Shown here one piece after another: positions 47,898-55,946 of a stretch of 64,000 nt of DNA. The DNA lies in NCBI GenBank assembly GCA_963806645.1, contig CAWDYQ010000001.1, positions 67,583-131,582 on the forward strand. Direction: 5' to 3'. Below the pieces are notes generated by a model. That model was not told the DNA's origin and ran no database searches. It saw only the letters and a program-made list of their open reading frames with translations. The position numbers and the translations under genes are program-made. How positions within the stretch are numbered: the stretch's first letter is position 1; each line of letters starts with the position of its first letter. This DNA is from Candidatus Bathyarchaeota archaeon. GTDB lineage: Archaea > Thermoproteota > Bathyarchaeia > Bathyarchaeales > Bathyarchaeaceae.

Positions 47898-49346
47898 CTA
47901 GCCAAAAGCGAATGCTTCTAGGTCCAACTTTTTCATTTCAATTGTAGCGTACACGCAAAGAGCAATTGCCCACCAAACATCATCATGTGAACCAAACGGA
48001 TGATTAAAACAGATAGTTCCATCCCGACGTAACTCAAATCTTTCAATATTCATTTCGCTGCAGATGTCTCCACGATAGGGTTTTTCCCAGGTTAAGAATG
48101 GATAAAAAAATCGTTGACTCATCATTCTTTCTTTTAATAGGCTAGCCATCTCACTTTTTCTTGACGTGTTAAATATGACTCCTTCAGCGTTGTTGATTCC
48201 CGCTTCTTCAATATCTGAAATAATTGAAGGTCCTTCTCTGGTGTTGTCTACTCTTATTTTTTGGAAGCCTTCCCAACGATCTTGCAATGCCTTAAGATAT
48301 CCTATTACGGTGGCATATTTTGTGGGTTGCTGAAACACTTTCAAATGTCTCAGAAACAGTTTATCGTTTATTCGTTCTGAAACAGCTAGAACACAATAGT
48401 CTCTGGTTTGGGCTAAATCTAGGCCAGCAAACAGTTCTCCACTGTATCCTTTATTTGTGTCCCATGGATGCAGGTCTTCTCCACAGTTCTTTTTAGTACC
48501 AATGCACCCAGCGATTAGAGACATAGGTAACCATGTGTCTTCGTCTTCTGTCCATTCGGCTTCCATTTCTCTTCGCCATCGCATTTGGTCTTCTCCGAAT
48601 TGGCGTTTGATCTTTTCAAGGATTCCTTTTCGTAATGGTCCATTAGGTTCCTGTGCTTGTTCCCAGCTTACGTGATGTCTTGCAAAATCTGAAAAAGCTT
48701 TATGGTTGCACATTTTCCAGAACAGGCTGTCAGTGTTCCATGGAGTACTTGTGCAGATTAGTTTTCCGTCAGTTGTTCCTAGTGTAAAAAGTATTGAATC
48801 ATATAATTCCACGTCGTTGGCTGTGAAGTTTGTTTCGTCCCACCAAACGACATTTAATGTTGGGCCTCTAATTGTGTCCGGGTTGTTTGGAAAAGCTTCT
48901 ATTGTTGAGCCGTTCTTGAAGTTGATTCTGGTTCTCTGGGTTTGAATTCCTTCTTTGTTAGGTAGTTTTCGGAGAAAATAGCCGATTCTTTTTATGTTAA
49001 GTTTAGTTTGGCGCCAGCTTGGACCTACCACAGCAATGTAACAGTCTTCATGATTTAGTGCATAATTTAATAGCAATGCGCTTATTGTCCAGCTTTTTCC
49101 AGATTGTCGGCACCATCTTGCAGCTAAAAACTGGTTTTTTTCAAATAGTTCGATGAGTTCTTTTTGATATTTGTATGGTTCGAATCCTAAAATTTTTTTA
49201 AAAAATTCTGATGGTTTTTTCTTTAATTTTTCAACATTATTTTCCAATTCGACTTCGATATTTTGAATTTGCCTCTCTAACAACCTGCTGGTTTTATTAA
49301 ACCTAGTTGGAAGAACTGTTGCTCTTGCTCTTCTTTGTGTACTCAA
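47898..49346 (-). CDS. terL: Terminase large subunit (ATPase plus RNase H-like nuclease)
   Basis: 482 aa and intact. It has Walker A ARWCRQSGKSWT, Walker B LNVVWWDE, the nuclease acidic motifs FAGLDLAQTRD and GSHDDVWWA, and overall TerL length and order. TTG start immediately after a TAG. It overlaps the upstream gene by 44 nt. Confidence 0.8.
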   Translation of the reverse strand: MSTQRRARATVLPTRFNKTSRLLERQIQNIEVELENNVEKLKKKPSEFFKKILGFEPYKYQKELIELFEKNQFLAARWCRQSGKSWTISALLLNYALNHEDCYIAVVGPSWRQTKLNIKRIGYFLRKLPNKEGIQTQRTRINFKNGSTIEAFPNNPDTIRGPTLNVVWWDETNFTANDVELYDSILFTLGTTDGKLICTSTPWNTDSLFWKMCNHKAFSDFARHHVSWEQAQEPNGPLRKGILEKIKRQFGEDQMRWRREMEAEWTEDEDTWLPMSLIAGCIGTKKNCGEDLHPWDTNKGYSGELFAGLDLAQTRDYCVLAVSERINDKLFLRHLKVFQQPTKYATVIGYLKALQDRWEGFQKIRVDNTREGPSIISDIEEAGINNAEGVIFNTSRKSEMASLLKERMMSQRFFYPFLTWEKPYRGDICSEMNIERFELRRDGTICFNHPFGSHDDVWWAIALCVYATIEMKKLDLEAFAFG

Positions 49347-49755
49347 CTATTTTTTCCTCTATCTCAAATAATCGTTTTTCAACATCTCGTAAATGCAAAA
49401 ACATTGGTAACTCTCGGGTGTAGTTTTTTGTTAAATTAGCAACCACTTGTAATCTTTGTACCTCCACCTTTGATAATCCCGGGGTGCAAGCAAGTTTTAG
49501 TGCCCCTACAAGCATTTTTAGGGATTCCTCCATGCTGATTAACTCCTCGGGCAATATTTCATTAGAAGTTGTTGTACAGTAATTTGTAGCCTCATGGTCA
49601 ACAACAACTTCTAAGCCTAACCGCTTAATTTTTACTCTTATGGCTTCTGGAGTTTTTTCTAATTTTTCTGAAATTTCATCAATAGATTTCTTATCATTCA
49701 AAAGAGATCTTAACAGGTCTTCTTGTTTTTTAGTCCAAGGTTTTCCTTTAGGCAC
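49303..49755 (-). CDS. HTH (Myb/SANT- or sigma-r4-like) protein with a coiled-coil tail; small-terminase-like by position
   Basis: 150 aa. It has KPWTKKQEDLLRSLLNDKKSIDEISEKLEKTPEAIRVKIKRLGL followed by helical segments. It lies immediately upstream of terL and overlaps it. Confidence 0.5.
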   Translation of the reverse strand: MPKGKPWTKKQEDLLRSLLNDKKSIDEISEKLEKTPEAIRVKIKRLGLEVVVDHEATNYCTTTSNEILPEELISMEESLKMLVGALKLACTPGLSKVEVQRLQVVANLTKNYTRELPMFLHLRDVEKRLFEIEEKIVEYTKKSKSNSSSN

Positions 49756-49823
49756 GATTTCCAGTTAGCCCCCAACGATTAATTTCCATTAGTACATTAG
49801 AGTTTAAATTCAAAAATGATGCT

Positions 49824-49870
49824 GCTACTAAGTAGCAATAAGTAAGAATAACATAAAAAAACAGCTACTA
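49824..49870. promoter_or_regulatory. Candidate operator: GCTACT-A-AGTAGC palindrome, AGTAGCAATA/AGTAAGAATA direct repeats and a third GCTACTA half-site
   Basis: It lies in the 133-bp gap between the divergent HTH gene (start 49755) and RHH gene (start 49889). The palindrome is at 49824-49836 and the half-site at 49864-49870. Confidence 0.4.
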
Positions 49871-49888
49871 TTTATTCAATGAAAGCTG

Positions 49889-50029
49889 ATGAATAAAGAC
49901 AAAATTTCAATAGCTCTCACAAAAAGCCTTCTAAAACAAATAACTATTGAATGCCAAAAAACAGGGTTCTCCCGATCTAGCTTTATCGGACTAATAATAC
50001 GACAATATTACACTAAAATTCCAATTTAA
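49889..50029 (+). CDS. Ribbon-helix-helix (CopG/Arc/MetJ-like) protein, 46 aa
   Basis: Below the track cutoff. It reads MNKDKISIALTKSLLKQITIECQKTGFSRSSFIGLIIRQYYTKIPI. This is a beta-strand (ISIALTKSL), then helix A, then a G-x-S/T-R-S turn, then helix B, which is the classic RHH layout. Confidence 0.6.
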   Translation: MNKDKISIALTKSLLKQITIECQKTGFSRSSFIGLIIRQYYTKIPI

Positions 50030-50052
50030 CCACATGTTTTAAGAGCTGAATG

Positions 50053-51172
50053 TTAAACGTTGTTTTGGCTCTTCATATTTTTCTCTTGCTTAATTCTTCG
50101 TCTGTAAGCCATCGATACTATAATAGTAACAAAAAATCCAGCAACTAGAAAAGAGGTCAACGAAGGAAATTCTGGAATTGTTTCTATGTCAATTGGATTC
50201 ATCAGTGGAAAATTGTCTTGGTTGTCTTCGTTTATTATGTATGGTGTGTCACCTAACCCGTCGGCGTTTGAGTCTGTTCCGTTATAGTCGCTAAAGTAGT
50301 TCTGGTTGATGATGTTTATGGAACCGTTATATCCAAACGTCTTTGCATACCATTCCCATTCTCCTGAGGGGAGATGCTCTATGTTGTTGATGTAGTTGTT
50401 TTTTGTAATCGTGTTGTAGTTAGCAACGTAAATGGATGTTCCAGTACCTGAGCTTGAAATATCATTTCTAGCTATTGTGTTGTTATCAGCATACTGAAGC
50501 CTAATGGCTACGTCGTCACAATTTTTTATTGTGTTCTCCGTTACTGTGTTGTTTGTACTGTATTGCCAAATCTGGATCCCCTCCGTGCAATTGTCTATAT
50601 AGTTTCCAGTCACCAAATTGTAGTTTGAGTAACTTAGTTGGATGGCACTTGAGAGCCTAATTTGTTCAAAATAGTTTTTAGTTACGTTGCTAAATGAGGT
50701 GCCGACTAAAAGTATGCCATGTTGATTGCCTGCTATCCTGTTTCCTGAAATGATACAATACTTCACTTCACCTACTGTTATTCCCGCATAGCCGTAAAGC
50801 AACTTGAAACCAGAAACAGACACATTGCTACTCTCTATTTTTATAGGTATCCTGAAACCTTCAGGAGGATTACCATCAATTATTGTAGTATCAACGTTTT
50901 CTCCAACTAAAACAATTGATTTGTTGATTCTAACATTTTCATGATATATTGCCACTTTTTACAAAAATTGTATCTCCTTCTACTGAATTGTCAATAGCTT
51001 CTTGAATTGTTGAATAATCGCCTGGAACAACGAATGTTCTGGACTGTGCACCAACTTCAATTTGTAGAAAAGAAATCAAAAAAAGAGTAAGAACTAGTAA
51101 CATTGTTAATGTTGCCTTTCTAGTCCCCACTACAGACCCCAATAATACAATGTTTTCTGAAAATAAAGGCAT
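50053..51172 (-). pseudogene. Secreted right-handed beta-helix (NosD/pectate-lyase-like) surface protein with a PEF-type C-terminal anchor, frame broken after the signal region
   Basis: ORF 50939..51172 (signal, then IQEAIDNSVEGDTIFVKSGN) and ORF 50053..50955 in the +1 frame (IYHENVRINKSIVLVGEN, then repeated NN/ITxN beta-helix rungs). The junction is next to the A5 run at about 50950-50962. The C-terminus IPEFPSLTSFLVAGFFVTIIVSMAYRRRIK resembles a PEF-CTERM sorting signal. Confidence 0.75.
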
Positions 51173-51210
51173 TTTCGTTAATAAAAATTGACTAACTGAA
51201 ACATAATCGA

Positions 51211-51226
51211 GTCAAGGAACTTTGAC
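51211..51226. promoter_or_regulatory. GTCAA-N6-TTGAC inverted repeat (gtcaaggaactttgac)
   Basis: It lies 39-54 nt upstream of the beta-helix gene start (51172). Near-identical 18-mers occur twice at 59347-59407. Confidence 0.45.
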
Positions 51227-51250
51227 CAATGAATGTGTAGGATTTTTTTT

Positions 51251-51272
51251 GGGTTTGGGGGTTAAAATTTAA
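51251..51272. repeat. Copy a of the G-run/TTAAAATTTAA palindromic repeat (right arm missing)
   Basis: gggtttgggggttaaaatttaa overlaps the stop of the membrane-protein gene and lies about 80-100 nt upstream of the beta-helix gene start. Confidence 0.55.
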
Positions 51273-52312
51273 TTCTCGAACCTAAAATGGTTTCATTAAT
51301 AGTTGTTCGATTCATTTTTTTGGTTTTGAAATGAACCATCATTACTATGCCCAAGAAAAGAAAAGACAAACACCAAAAATATGGATTATGTAACGGGCCA
51401 ATAACTTCATACCAAACGCTAGGATTCGTTTCGTATCCTCCAGTAAGATAATAAAAGAACACGTTAAACATGAAATAGCCTCCCAAAGCAGTTATCACTG
51501 CACTAATATGTTTCATATTCAATTGGGTTGACTTTTTTTGAATAGCAGGTAAAGTAACTTTCAATCCAAAAATAGCTATTATAAGAAGACCAAAAACAGT
51601 GACAACAAAACTAATAAAATTAAATGGCACAAGCAAAAATTCTAAACCAAACTGTTGTTGAGCCCGCGTGTAAGGTACTAAAACTCCAGCCCAAGACATT
51701 GAATAATTAATCCAAAAAACTACAAACAGATAAGCTACTCCAGTGATACATATCCATTTTATTATATCTTGATTCCCAGCAATTTTGTTAATCTTTCTTC
51801 TTAGGTTAAGCAAAGAAGGAGAAACAATGAGAATCATTAACAGTAATGGTATCCCGGCAACTAAAACATAAATTAAACCTGGCGTATGGCCAAAATAGTA
51901 AAGGGGCTCGCTAGAAAAAAAATAGACAAAAGAACCGATAACAGAGAGACCTAGAGAAAAGAAATGAATCAGCCTCAAAAAGTAAAGTTTTAGATACTGC
52001 TTTCCTAATCAATGGAAACGCCAAGTCCTTTTTTTTCCAAAATAAATAACTAGAGTACACAGCAAAAGAACCAGATACTACCCGAATAAAGCCAGCTAAC
52101 GTTCCTAAAGCTCCTTCGCTACCATAATACAAAATAAACCACCACCAAGGATTCTTTGACACTGCATCAAAAATAATATGATTAAAAATCAATCCGACAC
52201 TAAAACTTAGACCATAAATAGCAAAGTATAGGGCGTATCCAAAATAGGAAAGTGCAACAACAAAAATCCAAAATCTGTAGGACCCTAAATTATTTTTAAT
52301 CGAATTCTTCAT
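51262..52312 (-). pseudogene. Polytopic membrane protein of unknown function, frame broken
   Basis: The upstream part starts at the probable start MKNSIKNNLGSYRFWIFVVAL (52312) and runs to ...AVSKTLLF. The +1 frame continues LRLIHFFSLGLSVIGSFVYFF (ORF 51262..51978). The junction is near the T5 run at about 51975-52010. Confidence 0.55.
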
Positions 52313-52489
52313 GAACTTCCCCTCAAAAACATATATTTGAAGTAATTTTTTCCTTCTATTTAATGGATCGGAATTTTCATATTTAGTTCTACTTGAGGAA
52401 CAATTTGTTCCAATTCTGGAACAATAAATGGTCATGCACGCGTATGTAAAGAACACGTCACCCTGCATAAATGATTTTATAATCTCAGG

Positions 52490-53074
52490 ATGAATACTAT
52501 GATTATGCAACAAGCTCAAAAAAGAGTTGTTCACCACAACAACGTGAAGAACTACTCAGAGTATTGAAAGCCCGTTTTGAGAAAAACATGAACCGCCATA
52601 AAGGTCTTGAATGGACTAAGGTTCAAGCAAAGCTGGAAGCTAATACTGAAAAACTGTGGTCACTCAATGAAATGGAAATAACTGGCGGTGAACCGGATGT
52701 TGTTGGTCATGATAAAAAGACTGGTGAATACATTTTTTATGATTGTTCAGCGGAAAGTCCTAAAGGCCGTAGAAATGTTTGTTACGACCGTGAAGGGCAG
52801 GAGTCAAGGAAAGCAAATAAACCAGAAAATAACGCTGTTGATATGGCAGCTTGCCATGGGAATTGAACTTTTAACAGAAGAACAATATCGAGAGTTGCAG
52901 AAACTTGGAAATTTCGATACGAAAACGTCGAGCTGGGTGAAAACACCTTCTGATATTAGAAAACTTGGCGGTGCTCTTTTTGCTGATCGCCGCTACGACA
53001 ATGTGTTCGTGTACCACAACAGTGCTCCCTCTTACTATGGGGTTAGGGGGTTCCGTGGTTCGCTAAGGGTCTAA
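52490..53074 (+). pseudogene. DUF4256-family protein with two frame breaks
   Basis: Three frames reassemble a typical DUF4256. The pieces are M..MQQAQK, then (-1 at the A6 run 52518-52523) KKSCSPQQREELLRVLKARFEKNMNRHKGLEW...ENNAVDMAA, then (+1 at about 52848) AMGIELLTEEQYRELQKLGNFDTKTSSW...GFRGSLRV. Confidence 0.7.
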
Positions 53075-53138
53075 ATTTGGACTTTGAATTTTAGCATTTA
53101 TTTGATTTTTATATTTGTTTTTTTACGAGCTGCTTTTT

Positions 53139-53216
53139 GTGGTTGCGTTAGTCAGTACAGTCGTCTTGGAAGTTGATATTTTGGGTTTGGGGTTAAAATT
53201 TAACCCCCAAAACCCA
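53139..53216. repeat. Copy b of the palindromic repeat with its ~45-nt left-hand extension (the most complete palindrome)
   Basis: ttgggtttggggttaaaatttaacccccaaaaccca is preceded by gtggttgcgttagtcagtacagtcgtcttggaagttgat. It ends 5 nt before the PD40 gene stop. The inverted counterpart is at 55876-55946. Confidence 0.65.
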
Positions 53217-53221
53217 CGAGT

Positions 53222-54437
53222 TCAACTGACTTGTAATTTTTTTCTACGAAGAACAATAACCACCAACACCACAATAGCCACTACAGCTAAAATAAATGCA
53301 ACCAAATAATCAATAGCAGGAGCTGGTTCTGTTGAAGAACCACCATAGCTGACTACAAAAATTTTAGATCCATCATCACTCAAAGACACCACCTGAGGTA
53401 ATACATCATTTGTTTCTAATTGGTGCCACCCTGAGCCGTCAGAATTAACAACAAATAGTCTATAATCGTTTCCGTTATCCAATCTGGACCTAATGACTAT
53501 CCTCGATCCATCACCACTTATGGATGAAAATGCAGTTGGAAAATTCAACTTCTTGTCGGTCAACTGTTTTAATCCCGAGCCGTCCGAATTAATCATAAAA
53601 AGTTCTCCGCGAAACACCATACCAGACATATCTAAATAAGAAATAAACGTGATTTTACTTCCATCATCACTAATAGAAGGGAAGTTCACCTCTGAATCAG
53701 AGGTTAACTGTTTTAGTCCTGTTCCATCGGAATTAACAACAAAAATATCCGGTCCTTCACTTCGTTTTAATTGTAGAAAGACTATTTTCGATCCGTCACC
53801 GCTAATTTGAACCCAATTTGTATCCAAAGTGTTTGAGGTTAACTGTTTGAGTTCTGTTCCATCGGAATTGATAACAAAAAGATCAGCGTACTCATTCGGA
53901 TTGGCAATAAAAGCTACCTTGGATCCATCATCACTAATACTGGGACACGATGCCGATGATATGTTTGTCACCTGTTTCAGTTCTGATCCATCCGAATTTA
54001 CTACAAAAATCTCTGATTGCAATCCCGGATGCTCGCTAGTTGCGTTTATTGCAGCGTGAAAAACTATCTTTGAACCGTCACCACTAATATAACAAAAATC
54101 CATAGGTACAGAACCGTGTACTGTACCTATCTGTAACCTGTTTCAGGTCTGATCCATTCGAATTAACGGCAAATATTTCTGCCGACGCATAATCTAAACG
54201 GATACTCCCATCACTTTCTTTCGCATATTCTAAATAGGCAATAAAAGCAACTTTTGATCCATCATCACTAATGCTGAGAAAGCCAACATAACCATCAAGG
54301 TCAGTAATCTTCACATCAAGATCAATTATCTTAACGAGAAGATTTTTTTCACAAACAACAACCACTGATATTAAAGATAATGTTGTTAGACTCAAACAGA
54401 CAAGAATCAACAAATTTTTTCTCATATCATCCCCCAT
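53222..54437 (-). pseudogene. Secreted PD40/TolB-like beta-propeller surface protein with a C-terminal TM anchor, frame broken after the first blade
   Basis: ORF 54084..54437 (signal, then SISDDGSKVAFIA...NSNGSDLKQVTD) and ORF 53222..54103 in the +1 frame (GTVHGSVPMDFCYISGDGSKIVF, then five more (S/G)DGSK...VNSDGS.LKQLT blades). The junction is at about 54121-54137. Confidence 0.75.
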
Positions 54438-54465
54438 AGAGTGATTATTTTATATGGCAATAAAA

Positions 54466-54491
54466 GTTTGTGGGGGGGTTAAAATTTAACC
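54466..54491. repeat. Copy c of the G-run/TTAAAATTTAA palindromic repeat
   Basis: gtttgtgggggggttaaaatttaacc lies 30-55 nt upstream of the PD40 gene start (54437). Confidence 0.55.
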
Positions 54492-54561
54492 TTTTTCTCC
54501 TCTTTCACTCACTCTTACCCAGGATAGACTCCCTCACACATACGTCCCCTATATAAGGAAC

Positions 54562-54601
54562 TGAAAAAAATAAAATAAAAAACTCACAAACAAAATGTGA
54601 G
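54562..54601 (-). terminator. Hairpin (CTCAC-N9-GTGAG) followed by a T-rich run on the minus strand, downstream of the Kelch gene
   Basis: The stem is at 54583-54601, 39 nt after the Kelch stop (54640). The minus strand continues TTTTTTATTTTATTTTTTT. Archaeal termination commonly uses oligo-T tracts. Confidence 0.4.
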
Positions 54602-54639
54602 CTAACCTTCACGAAGTAAAAAAATGAAAAATGCTTCTT

Positions 54640-55776
54640 CTATTTCTTCTTGATGCGGTAAACCAGCAAGCCTAAGCCAACACCCACAACCAACACGAGA
54701 ATAGCGATAACGATAGGAATTACTGAAAACGAGTTCGTTTCATCTGGCAGATTAGTCAATGGTGTGTACTGCATAACAATCATTGAGTCCCTCGTGAAAA
54801 TATTGTGACCGCCACCCATCACATAAAACGTATCATCAACAACAGCTATGGCTGATCCTGCTCTATCTACTGGCATAGAAGCATCCATACTCCATGAATT
54901 GATTTCTGGAAAATAAACCTGATTAGTATATTGACCACTAAGTGGATAGGTAGCATTGCTTCCGCCAATAACGTAGATAGCCTTTGCCACATTTATTCCA
55001 GTTGTTGCACCTGCAGCGGCAGCGGTAACACTCATTGGAATAGGTGCACCAAAACTCCACTCATCTGTTTTGGGGTCGTATATTTGAGTCAAATTTGTAT
55101 AGGTGGAGCCTCCTGCTACTCCAGAAATAACGTAGATTTTGCCATCCAACACTGCTGAAGCATATCCAGCAACCGCAGTCGGAATTGGAGAACCGATAGC
55201 CCAAGTATCAGTCACAGGGTCGTAAATTTCGACTTGAGCACTAGTTTCTTTATTAGAAGATGATTCCGATTCGATCCTTCCACCGATTAGATATATCTTC
55301 CCATTAACCTCGCTTGCCTGAAGCCCAGACCTCGCTGTCGGCATTGGAGTTTTTGTCTCCCATGAATCTGTCTCCGTATCATAAACTTCGTTAACATTAA
55401 TTGAAATAGAGTAGTCTCTTGAAACATTTCTCCCACCAAAACAATAGATTTTTCCTTGAAAGACTGCTGCACCAAGACTATCTCTTGAAGTTGGTATTGA
55501 AGCCTTATCAACCCAAGTGTCAGTGACTGGATCGTAAGCTTCAGTTGAATTTATAGACGTATAAGAGAATCCAGTATCCGATGTATTGTATCTCTGACTG
55601 CCACCTATAACATACACAATTCCATTGACCGTTGCTGCTCCAGCGCCAGTTCTTGAAAAGTGCATTGAAGGCTTTGTTACCCAAGAATTCTGAGCACCTC
55701 TTGCTGGAAACATTGCAACCGTCAATGAAAATAAAAGTGCCGAAATAAATGCTAGTGCATATGCTCTATTCTTCAT
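54640..55776 (-). CDS. Secreted Kelch-repeat beta-propeller protein with a C-terminal TM anchor
   Basis: 378 aa. It has a signal peptide, six Kelch-like blades (...G.IYVIGG...YDP.TD.W...PMP..R...) and a C-terminal hydrophobic helix plus RIKKK. Confidence 0.85.
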   Translation of the reverse strand: MKNRAYALAFISALLFSLTVAMFPARGAQNSWVTKPSMHFSRTGAGAATVNGIVYVIGGSQRYNTSDTGFSYTSINSTEAYDPVTDTWVDKASIPTSRDSLGAAVFQGKIYCFGGRNVSRDYSISINVNEVYDTETDSWETKTPMPTARSGLQASEVNGKIYLIGGRIESESSSNKETSAQVEIYDPVTDTWAIGSPIPTAVAGYASAVLDGKIYVISGVAGGSTYTNLTQIYDPKTDEWSFGAPIPMSVTAAAAGATTGINVAKAIYVIGGSNATYPLSGQYTNQVYFPEINSWSMDASMPVDRAGSAIAVVDDTFYVMGGGHNIFTRDSMIVMQYTPLTNLPDETNSFSVIPIVIAILVLVVGVGLGLLVYRIKKK

Positions 55777-55873
55777 ATAAGCATCAATCTGTTTATTCTA
55801 GCTCAAACCGGTATTTAGCTCTCCTTAGAGAACACTTTGTTCTGCAAAAAGAACAGAACATTTGATTGTGTAT

Positions 55874-55946
55874 GTGGGGGTTAAAATTTAACCCCAAACC
55901 CAAACATCATAACTGTCACGACGACTGTAATGACTGACACAACCAC
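55874..55946. repeat. Copy d of the palindromic repeat with its right-hand extension (inverted relative to copy b)
   Basis: gtgggggttaaaatttaaccccaaacccaaac is followed by catcataactgtcacgacgactgtaatgactgacacaaccac. The reverse complement aligns with 53139-53208 at roughly 80 percent identity by manual alignment. Confidence 0.65.

Larger units (their letters stand above)
47333..50029. mobile_element. Putative virus-derived module: wHTH-membrane protein, large terminase, HTH protein, RHH protein
   Basis: A head-tail-virus hallmark gene (TerL) has small DNA-binding partners. No capsid, portal, protease or integrase gene lies anywhere in the window. Boundaries are not defined by repeats that I could find. 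Confidence 0.4.

Noticed and set aside
53115-53309. 64-aa plus-strand ORF, and a mirror 33-codon hydrophobic ORF on the minus strand of 55880-55980
   Set aside because: Both are generated by reading through the repeat extension and palindrome (both end or pass through ...GLG(L/V)KF). Their similarity is explained by nucleotide repeat identity, and they lack convincing starts. I cannot fully exclude a tiny conserved hydrophobic peptide.
45915-55946. The palindromic repeats as a CRISPR array
   Set aside because: There are only five copies, spaced 1-5 kb apart and separated by full-length genes. The repeat is AT-core palindromic with variable arms. No cas genes are present.
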